A stretch of DNA of 64,000 bases from Candidatus Latescibacterota bacterium (GCA_965217865.1 CBDCJO010000002.1:3520001-3584000), one strand, 5' to 3'. Counted from the first letter of the stretch, positions 42,000-54,329 are shown. The notes: a model not told the origin generated them from the letters alone. Numbers and translations: made by a program.

Positions 42000-42407
42000 A
42001 TGATTACGGAGATCAATAAAACCATCGTCCGTCGTTACATTGACGAACTCAACCAACGCAATCTCTCTGTAATTGACGAACTGGTCGCCGAAGAACATCG
42101 TGATTTGGTGGTCCAGAGTTATACACGTAACGTGACCGCTTTTCCGGACTACGTTGTGGAAGTCGAAGAGCTGATTGCTGAAGGCGATAAAGTGGTCCTG
42201 GTATGGAACCATAAAGGAACCCATCGCGGCGATCATGATGGCATTCCCCCAACAGAGAAAGTGATTGTTGGGAGAGCCATCAGTATTTATCGGATTGTTG
42301 ATGGCAAGATTTCCAGTTCAGACGGCGTTTGGGATCAATCCGCTATTTGGCAACAATTGGGTTTGATCCCAGACACCCAGACTATCCTGAGTGCCGTCCA
42401 AAGGTAA
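42000..42407 (+). CDS. SnoaL-like ester cyclase
   Basis: NKTIVRRY...AFPD....EELIAEGDKV...GTHRG..GIPPT...IYRIVDGKI. Confidence 0.9.
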   Translation: MITEINKTIVRRYIDELNQRNLSVIDELVAEEHRDLVVQSYTRNVTAFPDYVVEVEELIAEGDKVVLVWNHKGTHRGDHDGIPPTEKVIVGRAISIYRIVDGKISSSDGVWDQSAIWQQLGLIPDTQTILSAVQR

Positions 42408-42721
42408 TGGACCAGATTCATTTCGGAGATTAGAGTGGTTCCACGATGTTAACTGCCATTCACGTCTCCTGAAGCGATTAGATTCTGAGAATGGTCCTGC
42501 TTACCCTATCGCCCAACCCTTTCATCCCTCCATTCACCCATCCCCAACTGTTCGATATCGGACACCACTGTATCATAACCGGATACTTAACGCCCCATCA
42601 AAAATTTCAACTTAAACTAACTTATTGTAAACATTACAGAAATAATTATGGCACGCTCGTTGCATCTTTCTTGCTCTTGTTAGACCTCCATGCCCTGAAC
42701 CTTCAATTTGCGGGGGTTGCC

Positions 42722-45109
42722 ATGATCAAAAACTACATTATTGTCGCCATCCGCAACTTGCTGCGACAAAAACTGTACACTTTTATTCATATTTTTGGCC
42801 TGGCACTGGGCATTGCTTGTTGTCTTCTAATGGCGCTGTTCGTGAAGCACGAGTGGTCGTTCGATCAGTTTCATATAAACAAAAATCTTCTGTTTCGGGT
42901 TGTGACCCAAGAGGTCAAGCCCAACGGTGAAATAAAACAAAGCACTCTGTTTCCTCATACGATTGTAGAAACACTAAAAGACGTCTTGCCGCGGGCAAGT
43001 GCGTATATGCGCACTGAGGGTAGCTTCGATTATGGCGATCAGGAATATGGAGCATTGATTGGCCTTGTAAGTCCTGGCTTCTTGACCCTTTTCACGTTTC
43101 CACTTTTGACAGGTGACTCAGCGACGGCCTTGGATCGACCTAATGCAATGGTAATCAGTGAAACCCTTGCGCTAAAGATTTTCGGCGATGATCCATCCGA
43201 TTATAGCCACGTGTTGGGGCAGACGCTCACATCAGGAGGATTGGCATTCGAAATCACAGGCGTTGCTGTTGACGTTCCTGACGTATCCAGTCTGAGATTC
43301 GATGTGTTAACATCGGCTGACCATCACAGGCATTTTGGAGGGAATTATTCAGACGGCGGGTATGCTTCGATCTATGTACAGCTCGCAGGAAGAGAGATAC
43401 CAGGGGGAATGGATGCATCGCTCAAATCCTTTGCACATACGCACTTGAGCACGCGAATTCAGAATTTGATAGAATGGAATGTCATTCCAGACGAACAAGC
43501 TTTTACGCTCACGCTACAACCCCTGATGGATGTGTATTGGAATGCACAGATCCCGAATTCTTATGAAGCATCGGGTAACTTGGATGCTGTCTATATTCTA
43601 TGGGGACTTGCAGGGCTTGTATTGCTGATTGCGTGCAGCAATTTTACAACCCTATCGATCGCGAGCTCGGGGGACCGGGCACTCGAGGTCGGCCTACGGA
43701 AAGTATTGGGTGGAGGCCGTCATCAATTGATGACACAATTCTGGAGTGAGGCGCTGTTGTTGAGTCTTTTGGGCGTTTTGCTGGGTGTTGCCCTGGCCGA
43801 GATGTTTTTGCCCATCTTTAATGGGCTGATCCAGCGCGATCTCAATATTACGTATTTTGGATATGGATCTATCTTCCTTATTTTACTGATCATCGTGATC
43901 GCGGTCGGCCTGCTGGCCGGTAGTTATCCGGCTGCTGTACTGTCGCGCTTTCAGCCGGTGTCTGCGCTGAAAGGTGGGAAACTTATTGGAGGCCGCAGCA
44001 GGCTGACGCGCACCATCGTGATATTGCAATATACCGCGTCGATTGCGCTGATGATCTGTACGGGCGTGATGTTTGAGCAACAACACTATGTGCGCAACAA
44101 AAATCTAGGTTATGATCGGGACCAAGTCGTTGTTGTGTACGCAAAGAACAAGAAGCTTGCAGACCGTTTCAAGCATGAAATATTAAAAGATCCCCGTGTT
44201 TTAAATGCTACGATCGCTGACCGCGCTTTTACGAGCGGCTGGAACAAGACCGGCTTAAAACTGCCCGATGGAACACGTTTCTCGGTACGCGTGCTCGGGG
44301 TTGATCCCGACTATCTGTCCACGCTGAGAATTCCCCTGCTTGCAGGCCGCAACTTTTCCGAGGCACATCCATCAGATCGTGAACAAGCTGTGTTGATCAA
44401 CGAAAGCCTGGCACAAAAACTTAAAATGGATAATCCCATAGGCCGCTTGCTGCCGGGGTTTGACTGGAACGGTTTGAACCCGATCGTTATCGGGATTATA
44501 GACGATTTTCACATCGACTCGTTGCACAAAAGTATTCAGCCGCTGGTTTTGCAGATGAAACAGTTTAACAGCGGCCCGTATCTGCTCATCCGCATTCGCC
44601 CTGAAGATGTACTCGGTACGCTAGCGTTTTTAAAAACCATCTGGCAGGATGAGGACCCCAACGGGTTATTATCCCATTGGTTTCTGGATACCGCACTTGA
44701 TCGGCAATATCGCGATGAACAACGCTGGGAGCGGGTGCTCATTTATTCGGCGCTGTTTGCGATTACGATTTCTTGCCTCGGTTTGTTGGGGCTGGCGTCT
44801 CTGGCTGTGGCACGACGAACAAAGGAAGTCGGGATACGGAAGGTGCTTGGCGCATCGGTGGGACATCTGGTAGGATTACTGTCGAGGGATTTCGTAAAGC
44901 TGTTGGTTGCGGCGAATGTGATCGCGTGGCCAGTAGCATATTGGGCAATGGACAAATGGCTGACGAATTTTGCCTACCGCATCGAGCTTAAGGTTGACGT
45001 CTTTATATTAGCTGGCATGTTAGCGATTTGCATCGCTCTGTTGGCGGTGGTTCTTCAGACACTCAAGGCTGCGCGGAGAAATCCTATAGATGTCCTTCGA
45101 TATGAATGA
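42722..45109 (+). CDS. MacB/FtsX-type ABC transporter permease
   Basis: MIKNYIIVAIRNLLR...EVGLRKVLG...RRTKEVGIRKVLGAS...NPIDVLRYE. Confidence 0.93.
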   Translation: MIKNYIIVAIRNLLRQKLYTFIHIFGLALGIACCLLMALFVKHEWSFDQFHINKNLLFRVVTQEVKPNGEIKQSTLFPHTIVETLKDVLPRASAYMRTEGSFDYGDQEYGALIGLVSPGFLTLFTFPLLTGDSATALDRPNAMVISETLALKIFGDDPSDYSHVLGQTLTSGGLAFEITGVAVDVPDVSSLRFDVLTSADHHRHFGGNYSDGGYASIYVQLAGREIPGGMDASLKSFAHTHLSTRIQNLIEWNVIPDEQAFTLTLQPLMDVYWNAQIPNSYEASGNLDAVYILWGLAGLVLLIACSNFTTLSIASSGDRALEVGLRKVLGGGRHQLMTQFWSEALLLSLLGVLLGVALAEMFLPIFNGLIQRDLNITYFGYGSIFLILLIIVIAVGLLAGSYPAAVLSRFQPVSALKGGKLIGGRSRLTRTIVILQYTASIALMICTGVMFEQQHYVRNKNLGYDRDQVVVVYAKNKKLADRFKHEILKDPRVLNATIADRAFTSGWNKTGLKLPDGTRFSVRVLGVDPDYLSTLRIPLLAGRNFSEAHPSDREQAVLINESLAQKLKMDNPIGRLLPGFDWNGLNPIVIGIIDDFHIDSLHKSIQPLVLQMKQFNSGPYLLIRIRPEDVLGTLAFLKTIWQDEDPNGLLSHWFLDTALDRQYRDEQRWERVLIYSALFAITISCLGLLGLASLAVARRTKEVGIRKVLGASVGHLVGLLSRDFVKLLVAANVIAWPVAYWAMDKWLTNFAYRIELKVDVFILAGMLAICIALLAVVLQTLKAARRNPIDVLRYE

Positions 45110-45152
45110 AAGACCAGACAAGGTGATGCCGCGTACCTGATTGAGGTGTTAA

Positions 45153-47570
45153 TCACTCATACCGCAGCGCTTCCACAGGATTGACCATCGCGGCGTTGAT
45201 GGTTCGAAAACTGACGGTTATCAAGGCGATTACCACCGTTAGAAGCCCACCTAAAACAAAGGTCCACAAACTGATATTTATCCGATAGTTGAAGTCCTGC
45301 AACCACTGATCCATTGCTAAATACCCTACAGGCCAGGCGACCAAATTGGCCATAATTGCCAGCTTCACGATATCTTTTGAAAGCAGTATAACCACGTTTG
45401 AAACCGTTGCTCCCAGCACTTTCCTGATGCCGATCTCTTTCGTGCGTTGCTGTGCCGTATAAGAGATCAGGCCGAATAAGCCGAGACATGCGACCATGAT
45501 GGCAAGGATGGAGAAGATACTGAATATGCGGCTTAGCCGTACCTCAGAACGGTATTGCCGTTCATAATCTTCATCCAAAAAGAAATAATCGAATGGCCGA
45601 TCGGGAACAAGTTGCTGCCAAATATTCTCTAACGCTGCAAGAGTCCCGGGTATATCTTCCGCGTTGATCTTGATTGCAAGATATGAAAACCAATGTGGAT
45701 TTATATGCATTAGAAAAGGCTCTACGCCGTGTTGCAAAGAGGCATGATGAAAATCTTTCACAACCCCGATGAGATGCCCTTCTTTAAAATCGCTGCCCAT
45801 ATTGGCTTGTCTGCCAATCGCTGACTCGGGTTTTCCCCATCCCAAATATTTGACGGCTGTTTCGTTCAGAATGAATGCTTCTGTTTCGTCAGTGGGAATC
45901 TCCCTTGAAAAATCCCTGCCTGCAACCAAACTTAATCCAAATGTCTCTATGTATTCATGGTCGTTGGTTTGATAAAGTAACCTTTTCGGTTCTTTGCCGG
46001 ATGGTCCTTCTATTTCGAGTTTGATGTCATCATATAAGCGCCCCGGGATGTAGGAACAAGCCGAAGCATTAAGTACATTTGCTTGTTTCAGTAATTCTGT
46101 TTTTATGGGTTCTAATCGCGCCTTGATAATTCTATTTCCTTTGAACTTGACGATAACCAACTCCTCCTTATCGAACCCAAGTTGTTGATTTCTCATATAC
46201 TCAAGTTGGTCGTAGACAACGGCAGTACTGATGATCAACACAATCGAGATGACAAACTGAAAAATGACCAATCCTTGTCGTATCCATGCTCCTTTCGACC
46301 GGGGATGTGAGGAAGCTTTCAACACCTCAACAGGTTTAAAGCGTGAAAGTGCAAACGCCGGATAACTTCCGGAAATTAAACCCACAAAGAGTGTGATAAC
46401 GATCAGACCTATAGAAATAGATCTATCGTGGAAGAGGTTTAAGTTCAGTTTTTTCTCAGCCAATTCATTAAAAGTGGGCAATGCAAGTTCGATCAGAAAA
46501 ACGGCTAAAAGCAAAGCAACAACAGTGATAAAAACTGCTTCCCCTAAAAACTGATAAATGAGCTGTCTGCGAAATGCGCCTAAAACTTTTCGAGTTCCCA
46601 CCTCTTTAACACGGTTTGCAGATCTGGCTGTCGCCAAATTCATGAAGTTAACGCACGCAATCAATATGATGAGAACGGCAATGGTAAAAAACATATAAAC
46701 ACTAACCACACTGCTGAGGGGACCCACTTCATAGGACAGATTAGAATGCAGGTAGATATCGGTTAAAGGTTGGAGAAAATGCTTAAATTTATGTCCCGTC
46801 TGGCTTTCCCACTCCCTGTTGTATTTCCCGGTTACGTCATAAATCTCTTGTCTTATGGTAGATTCAGATGCAGATTCGCCCAGCAATATATAAGTATACC
46901 CCACGAGATAAAGCCATTGATCTTGCTTTACCTTCGGGAACAGGCTTGGGAGGGTCTCAAGGGAGATGAGGAAGTCAAAAGAAAAGTGAGAATTAGATGG
47001 GATAGGATAGAGCAGACCCGTGACTTTGAGATGCAATGAGTCTTGTACGGTAAGAAATTCACCGATCGGATTCCTGCTTCCGAAGTACCTGCGAGCAAGG
47101 GGCTCCGTAAGCACAATCGATAAGGGTTCTGCAAGGGCCGTTTCAGGATCTCCTTTGAGGAGCGGAAAGGAAAATATCTTGAAAACCGATCCACCCGCAG
47201 CGTATCCCCCGTCTTCGTAAAACCGAACATTCCCGCGTTCGATATATATCCGGCCATAATCGTCAAGAGACAGAAAGCGAACCGCCTCCTCAATATCCGG
47301 AAATTCATTTAAAAGGGTTGAGGCGAGAAGCCCTGATGTCCGCGGAATATATTGGATGGGTTCATTGTTTGGGAATTGCCACTCGAGGCCAACACGGTAA
47401 ATCCGGTCAGCATTTTCATGATAGCGATCATAACTAAGCTCATCTTTCACAAACAGGAGAATGAGGACACTGGACGCTAGACCAACCGCCAATCCGAAAA
47501 TATTGATAAAAGAATACACCTTTTGTCTGAGTAAATTTCTGACAGCTATAGTCAGGAAGTTCTGGAACAT
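45153..47570 (-). CDS. MacB/FtsX-type ABC transporter permease
   Basis: MFQNFLTIAVRNLLR...QRTKEIGIRKVLGA...NPVEALRYE; GGAGGT RBS. Confidence 0.93.
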   Translation of the reverse strand: MFQNFLTIAVRNLLRQKVYSFINIFGLAVGLASSVLILLFVKDELSYDRYHENADRIYRVGLEWQFPNNEPIQYIPRTSGLLASTLLNEFPDIEEAVRFLSLDDYGRIYIERGNVRFYEDGGYAAGGSVFKIFSFPLLKGDPETALAEPLSIVLTEPLARRYFGSRNPIGEFLTVQDSLHLKVTGLLYPIPSNSHFSFDFLISLETLPSLFPKVKQDQWLYLVGYTYILLGESASESTIRQEIYDVTGKYNREWESQTGHKFKHFLQPLTDIYLHSNLSYEVGPLSSVVSVYMFFTIAVLIILIACVNFMNLATARSANRVKEVGTRKVLGAFRRQLIYQFLGEAVFITVVALLLAVFLIELALPTFNELAEKKLNLNLFHDRSISIGLIVITLFVGLISGSYPAFALSRFKPVEVLKASSHPRSKGAWIRQGLVIFQFVISIVLIISTAVVYDQLEYMRNQQLGFDKEELVIVKFKGNRIIKARLEPIKTELLKQANVLNASACSYIPGRLYDDIKLEIEGPSGKEPKRLLYQTNDHEYIETFGLSLVAGRDFSREIPTDETEAFILNETAVKYLGWGKPESAIGRQANMGSDFKEGHLIGVVKDFHHASLQHGVEPFLMHINPHWFSYLAIKINAEDIPGTLAALENIWQQLVPDRPFDYFFLDEDYERQYRSEVRLSRIFSIFSILAIMVACLGLFGLISYTAQQRTKEIGIRKVLGATVSNVVILLSKDIVKLAIMANLVAWPVGYLAMDQWLQDFNYRINISLWTFVLGGLLTVVIALITVSFRTINAAMVNPVEALRYE

Positions 47571-47612
47571 ATCACCTCCCGGAACCAGGAACACTTAATC
47601 CATAAAGCTCCT

Positions 47613-48290
47613 TTAGGCAGCGGCTTCATCTTTTTCGACCCAACCATCCAAAAGGTGAATCGTCCGGCGCCCATATGAGACGTTCTTCTCCGAATGTGTG
47701 GCCTGGATAATCGTCGTCCCCTCCTGGTTCAACCTGACGAACAGTTCCATGATCTCTTCCCCTTGAGAAGAATTCAGGTTGCCCGTCGGTTCATCCGCCA
47801 GGATCAGCTTTGGGCTTGCAACCAAGGCTCGCGCTACTGCAACAAGCTGTTGCTGGCCACCGGAAAGCTGGTTGGGGAAGAGTTTCTTCTTCGCAACGAT
47901 GTTGAATCGATCCAGCATTTCTGAAACCAAACCCTTACGCTCCGATCCCTTTACCCCTTTGTACAGCAGGGGCAACTCTATATTTTCGTAGACAGTCATC
48001 TCGTCAATCAGGTGATAAGCCTGGAATACAAATCCAATGTGATGCTTGTGGAAATCCGTTCTTTGCCTCTCTTTCATCTTGTGGACGGGCTGGTCGTGAA
48101 AATGATATTCCCCTTTTGAGGGGGTATCTATCATTCCCAGAATATGGAGCAGAGTTGACTTGCCCGCCCCAGAGGGACCCATAATCGAGACAAACTCTCC
48201 CCCTTCGATTTCGAGGTCAATCCCCCTCAGGACAAAAGTCTTTACGAAACCGGACGAGTAGTATTTTTCGATCTCTTCCAGCCGGATCAT
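47613..48290 (-). CDS. ABC transporter ATP-binding protein (LolD/MacB-like)
   Basis: [26 protein letters not shown]. Confidence 0.95.
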   Translation of the reverse strand: MIRLEEIEKYYSSGFVKTFVLRGIDLEIEGGEFVSIMGPSGAGKSTLLHILGMIDTPSKGEYHFHDQPVHKMKERQRTDFHKHHIGFVFQAYHLIDEMTVYENIELPLLYKGVKGSERKGLVSEMLDRFNIVAKKKLFPNQLSGGQQQLVAVARALVASPKLILADEPTGNLNSSQGEEIMELFVRLNQEGTTIIQATHSEKNVSYGRRTIHLLDGWVEKDEAAA

Positions 48291-48328
48291 ATCCTGTCTC
48301 CTATTTCAAGTACTCTAGGCCTAAAATA

Positions 48329-49185
48329 GGGAATTATATATTATTTTACCCTTGACATGCCGCCTGAAATTGCTTATATTTATATGTAAATAAAGGAGGT
48401 TATGTTATGGGAAAAGGGCCTGGAAAGTATTACAGGAAGGGGATTTCGTTATTGGACCTGACAAAACGTTTTCCGAACGACGGCATGGCGGAAGATTGGT
48501 TCGTTCGAATCCGTTGGCCTAATGGTGTTCGATGTCCGGCATGCAAGTCCAGCGACGTTCAATCACGTCCAAAAAGAAAGCCTCAACCTTACCGATGCCG
48601 GAAATGCCGCAAGGATTTCTCCATGAAAACGGGAACGTTGATGCAAGGATCAAATCTCGGGTATCAGAAATGGGCCATAGCAATTTATCTTTTTGCAACT
48701 GGAATGAAGGGTACGTCAAGCATGAAGTTGCATCGGGATCTCGGAATAACACAGAAAAGCGCATGGTACCTGGCCCATCGTATACGGGCGGCATGGACGG
48801 AAGGAAACGGAATGTTCTCCGGTCCTGTCGAAGTGGATGAAACCTATATCGGAGGGAAGGAGAAAAACAAACATTCCGGCAAGAAACTACACGCCGGTCG
48901 AGGTCCGGTTGGAAAGGCTGCCGTGGTCCCTCCCTGTGGGGGTGACGTGACCTCCTTTGACACCCTAAGATGGGGATGCCGGGCCATGTCACCATCACGC
49001 AAGAGAAATGCGGGAAAGTTCTACCTATTCGCCTGGATACGGGGAATGACCCCATACCGGGTAAAAAACGGCTATTGTATTCAGCAGAGGACCCGACATG
49101 GCGGGCTCTTGCATATATGATGGTGACAAGGGTAAGATACTACAATGGATATGCGCTGTCAAGGGTAAAATAATATATAATTCCC
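48329..49185 (+). mobile_element. IS1595-family element with perfect IRs and an internally truncated transposase (48407-~48930)
   Basis: IR gggaattatatattattttacccttgaca at both ends; RWPNGVRCPAC...YRCRKC...KSAWYLAHRIR...VEVDETYIGG. Confidence 0.92.
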
Positions 49186-50389
49186 TAAAGAAACTTGTGA
49201 ATGTGTTATTGATGAGACATAGGGTTCTGCGGCTCTCGTGGCCGCTGCTCTACCACCACACGGTCACATGGGCGCCCGTGCTCTTGCCCTCACCGCCGCG
49301 TATCGCACCGTCGCAGCTGCGCCTCGTCGAACAGCACGAGGTCCAGGTCGCGCCGTAGAGTCCACACATTGCCGACACCGGACTGGCCAGCTCGCGCGAC
49401 CTGGATCGCCCTCTTCTCGGCAGGTATTGCAGTCCTTTCGTTTTGGAACGCGTTCATGGCGAGGCGAATCGCGAAGAGCGCCTACCTGTTGGCGGCGGAA
49501 GCTCGAGACAGAACGGCCCCGTCGCTTGAGCTTTATATTGATTTCGGCCACGTTCGGCGGCTCGCTGCCCTCGCCAGGAAATTGTTCGTCTTCCGTGTTG
49601 TGGTGACGAACTGCTCCGACGCGCAAAACTCCCTGAAGACGATTCGTCTGCTCATCGAACATCGGCGTGCCGATGGGCCACCGTCGCACCTTGAGCTGGT
49701 GTCCGACGCAACATGCGCCAAAGCCCTCGGCTTCGATGAGGGTGACGTTCTGACGGTTCCGAGCGCGATTGCGCAACGTGATGTCGTCGCGGGCACGGTG
49801 ATTCTTTCCGGCTGCTCAGGAACTCTTCGCAGAGACTCGAATTGAGGCGTATACGGTCTCGCTCATCGACACGTTTGATAGGGAGTCCCTAAAGGAAGTT
49901 CTCCTCCTTCCGGAGCGACCAGTTGAAAAATAAATGGCATAGGGTGGCAGTCTCGATTCAGCATCCGGTCGAGGCCGAACCCGTCCCGGTCGTGGCTGAC
50001 GGGAGTATCGCCACAGTGGCCGTTGGGGACAGGCGGATGATCCCGCTCCTTATTCTCGACACGTCCAAACGCCCCGATATTGAGGACATGGTCAAAGCTC
50101 ACCACCACATGGGGAGTATTTCACTGGATCTGAAATATTTTTTTTAACAGCTATAGCCAAGAGCTGTAGAGTTTTCCCCCACACTTGGAACGTCTGCTGA
50201 TTAGGAGCGCTGAGGACTGACGTGTTCAAGATAGAATCTCACAATGTGGGAGGGTCGTTGTCATCTTTCGACAGGTGCACTCGTTTCACAAACCTCGGCA
50301 ATAGGCTTGCCACATAAACCGACTGCCTGAATCGCCAAATTACATTCCCCCAATTCATATTCGGATAGTTCGTCCATAGGCGCCGTGGT

Positions 50390-50710
50390 ATGAAAATTTT
50401 GGAATTGGTACTTGCTCTTGTTCTTTTCCTTCGTGTTCTGATTTTTAGGATTGTTTGTCTTCTTCTGTTCATGCTTTTCCCGGTCGCGTTATTTGGACTC
50501 GCAGCAGTCTCTTGTCTTTTTCAGGTTACTGAAACCGGATGGCATGCTCCTGAACTAGGTGTAATATACCTTGAACCACGGATTAATACGGGTTTAAAAA
50601 TCTTCTGCGCTATAATGGGTATTGGGTCTTTTGCAGTGACCGTGTTTTGTATTCATGAAAATTGGAAATTTTGGTTGGATATTTTAGAAGGTAAATTTGA
50701 TCCCGGTTAA
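50390..50710 (+). CDS. Small hypothetical membrane protein
   Basis: Hydrophobic 106-aa ORF with two to three transmembrane stretches. Confidence 0.4.
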   Translation: MKILELVLALVLFLRVLIFRIVCLLLFMLFPVALFGLAAVSCLFQVTETGWHAPELGVIYLEPRINTGLKIFCAIMGIGSFAVTVFCIHENWKFWLDILEGKFDPG

Positions 50711-50924
50711 TTTGCCTACAAGCCCCAAGCCCAAGATTTTTTATCCCCAAAAACCGTCTCACTGATTCCAAGCCACCCTCCAGGCGTCCTTGTTCCACAA
50801 GTCCCTCAAATACAAGGGATTTCTCTCTCTGGTGTGACGGTGAGTGGTTAGGAAAGATTTCCGGCGTGGCGGCGTTTTGGATGGTTCAGATACCCAGGAA
50901 AGGGAGGGATAAGGAGCATCGGTA

Positions 50925-51347
50925 ATGCGACGAAAAATCCCGGTCCTTGTCTCATTGGCCTTCCTGATGATGTCCTGCGGCCTTGATAACCCTTTTAAAT
51001 CGGACCGTTATCGGACTTATCAAATCAAGGTTGACAGCATGACGGTTGCATCCCCTTTGGCGGTCTCCGATATCATGCGCGTAGGATTTCATGCCTGGAC
51101 TGGCAATGGGGGGAGATGTTCCGGGTTTTCTCATATTGACACGACGAGAATTGATCTGGTCGGGTACAAAGTGAGCGTATGGGGAAAACAAGATCTCCGT
51201 CGAGATATATTCTGTCCAAGTGGCGTGCCCAGAATGGATAATCTCATCTTATTAGAGTTTTATCCTCCTCTGAGGGTTGGTACGTGGATCTTTTTAGTGT
51301 CTCAGCCTGACGGTTCCGTTCTGAGAAAGGAGGCCGTAGTCCGATGA
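50925..51347 (+). CDS. Hypothetical lipoprotein
   Basis: AAGGAG RBS; MRRKIPVLVSLAFLMMSC lipobox. Confidence 0.7.
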   Translation: MRRKIPVLVSLAFLMMSCGLDNPFKSDRYRTYQIKVDSMTVASPLAVSDIMRVGFHAWTGNGGRCSGFSHIDTTRIDLVGYKVSVWGKQDLRRDIFCPSGVPRMDNLILLEFYPPLRVGTWIFLVSQPDGSVLRKEAVVR

Positions 51348-51587
51348 TGAATGCCAAGAACTCCCTTAGTATCTCAAGGATCTTTCGATCCCTATTATGC
51401 TTTGCCGTGATTTATTTCATGCCGGCATGGTGTTCGGACATCGCTGCCTCTGACAACGCCCGACGTCCCTATGTCCCCTCACGCGAACTGCCTGCCGTTC
51501 TTCAATCGACACCCGAAGAAGTAGCCCGGGAGATACTGATGGGCGTAGCACCCGGATTCATGGACTTTCCGGAAGGCAAGATACTAG

Positions 51588-53421
51588 CCCCTATACAAGC
51601 GTGAATTTTTCTTGGTTTTAGTAGAGAAAAGTTGAAATGCCCCAGTTTTCAGGCCTATAGTTGTAGTATGAAAGACAAAAAGAGGCCATCAAAAAGGGGC
51701 ATTTCAGATGAGAGAATACAGGAAGATTCTTCGGAACAGGGAAGCACGAATTGTCCGTCGTTTGCGTCGGAAGCAGTGGTGCAGTCAGGTCAAGCCTATG
51801 ATGTCTGGGGGAAACATCCACTACGAGATGAGTGGGAAGGCCGAGGCGATCACGTGTGGGGGGATCGGCGCGTTTCACCACATGGTCCGCAGGGTTGGGC
51901 TGGTGAAAGAGATTGACCGTCATCTTCATCTTTTGAAAGTGCATTTGCCCTATCACGAATCAGACCACGTTCTGAACATCGCCTACAATGCGCTGGTTGG
52001 TGGTCAACGCCTTGAAGACATTGAGCTGCGCCGGCAGGATGCCACGTTCCTGAACGCTTTGGGCGCTCAGCGTCTCCCGGATCCGACCACAGCAGGCGAC
52101 TTTACACGTCGTTTCCGGCCATCGGATATCGAGACGTTGATGGATTGCATCAACCGGGTGCGCACCCGGATCTGGAAAAAGCGCGCCAGGGGCGAACTCA
52201 AAGAAGCCCTCATCGACATCGACGGCACCCTGGCCACCACTCTCGGAGAACGCAAGCAGGGCATGGCCCTGTCATACAACGGTATCTGGGGATACCATCC
52301 TCTCGTGGTCTCTCTGGCGAACACCAGGGAGGTGTTGTTTCTTGTGAATCGACCCGGCCATGTGCCCAGCCACGACGGTGCCGTAAAGTGGATCGATCGC
52401 GCCATCGCGCTGGTCGCCCCTTTCGCCAAACGCATCTGCCTGCGCGGAGACACCGGCTTCTCACTCACCCGGCACTTCGATCGTTGGTCGGAAAAGGTCG
52501 ACTTCGTCTTCGGCATGGATGCTTACAGAGGATTGGTCAAGATCGCCAAATCCCTGTCACAGAGCGATTGGGAGCCCTTTGAACGACAACCCAAATACCA
52601 GGTCAAAACCTCCCAGAGACAGAAACGCGAGAACGTGAAAGCCCGGATCATCCGGGAGCGCGGCTTCAAAAACATCCGACTTGCCAGTGAACGTGTTGCC
52701 GGGGTTTCGTATCGTCCTGCTCGATGCAAGAAGACCTGTCGACTCGTGATCCTCGAAAAAAACCTGAGCGTCGAACGCGGCGAAAACGCCCTGTTCGATG
52801 ACAAGCGCTGTTTCTTCTACATTACCACCCGAAAAGATCTTACGGCCGCGGAAATCGTGAGGCTGGCCAATCGACGGTGCGATCAGGAAAACGTGATTGA
52901 ACAACTCAAGAACGGGGTCAACGCCATGCGGATGCCCGTCGACAACCTGATGAGCAACTGGGCTTACATGGTCATGACCGCCCTGGCGTGGAACCTCAAA
53001 GCCTGGTTCGCGTTGATGATCCGAAAGCGTGAGCGTCGCGATCAACTTCTGAGAATGGAGTTTCGCGCCTTCCTCCAGAATCTGATCTGGATCCCTTGCC
53101 AGATCGTGACCCGGGGAAGACAGATCATCTATCGTGTCTTGGGCTACAACCGGTGGATGACTGACTTCTTCCCGGCCTGGAACAGAATCAGATGGCTCAA
53201 ACCGGCCTGACTGCCATGTCAGCACCTGTCGTCGTAACATCACAGGGACAAGTCCGTCCACCCCGGCTAAAACACGTCCGCAAACTCAGTTAATTAGACA
53301 ATCGCATGCCGAAACAATCACAAAAACAGCCCAGACATCATCTCCACCAAGTCACAAGTCTGAAATGCTCCGAAATCTTGTATAACACACCGCTCAACAA
53401 GCCTATTCGCTTATTTTAGGA
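51588..53421 (+). mobile_element. Full-length IS1380-family element (transposase 51708-53210)
   Basis: Intact 500-aa DDE ORF (IDIDGT...GYHPL...LRGD...ENVIEQLK); imperfect IRs; CTAG on both flanks; truncates ORF 51344. Confidence 0.92.
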
Positions 53422-53823
53422 CTAGCGGAGTGGCATGAATTTCAGAACAGCGAGAAAGTCGAGCCGGCCTATAAGCAGTTGCTGACCCGGCATTCCCCCG
53501 AGCGCCTGAGCAAGTCATTCCCGAACTTTGACCCTGTTTTCGATTGGTGGCTAGGATGAAGTGAAACAGTGATTTTCTATGACATCTCCTCCCTTGACGG
53601 AGAAATCACTTCCTCATTACTCACTTTTTCAATCATCAAAAATTCCCCAATTTATTTCCCAAACTTGATGCCACTATGGCTCTGGATATTCGAATAGATG
53701 ACCAGTTTCGTCTTGTCTCATCGGTGCTACTTTTAACGAAGTTTGTTGACGAAAACATGGCTGGAAGAAAACCTCACAAGCTGCGAATCCAGACATTGAA
53801 ACATCTGGGTAGACCGTCTGTGC

Positions 53824-54095
53824 CGTGCCGCCCGTTTTGTGGAGGTCGCGTCCCCCCCTTTTCCCGGATTCAGAAAGAAAGTCGCACACGGGCCGGATCT
53901 GTGCCCTCAACGCTGTCTCGAGGTGTCTCGAGCCACTGTCTCGCCACTGACCCACGCCAGAAATCTCCCAACGGAATCAAATTCCACAAGTTTTCATCCC
54001 TCAATCGCCATGAGCCACCTTGCGCCCTCAAAACCTGGCGATCTGTTTCCCGGAGAAGGACTTGAAAGGTCGGAGGCGGTCGCCACTGTCTCACG
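53824..54095. repeat. ~270-bp direct repeat A containing TGTCTC motifs
   Basis: Near-identical to 55260-55512. Confidence 0.92.
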
Positions 54096-54269
54096 GCCAG
54101 CAGGTGATCCCTTTGCCGGGAGCGTTTTGGAAAGATTCTGGAGAACTGCGCGTTCGAAGGACACGCATGTGCGACGGAGGGCTATCCACCTAATATCCCT
54201 GTGGCTCGGAAGCGCCTGGAACCCAGCGGCGCTTTTCGACCTTGGAGGACTTCTCCGTCGTCGCTACTC

Positions 54270-54307
54270 TTGACACTCGTTGCGATTACCGTTATGTTTA
54301 ACGTAAC
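54270..54307 (+). promoter_or_regulatory. Sigma70 promoter and probable operator of higBA
   Basis: TTGACA-17 bp-TATGTT, overlapped by the imperfect palindrome gttatgtttaacgtaac. Confidence 0.7.
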
Positions 54308-54329
54308 GCATATTCCGGGCATATTGGCA

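Noticed and set aside
49238-50147. ORFs 49369-49845 and 49923-50147 as a system
   Set aside because: Probably frameshifted or truncated hypothetical genes with no assignable motifs
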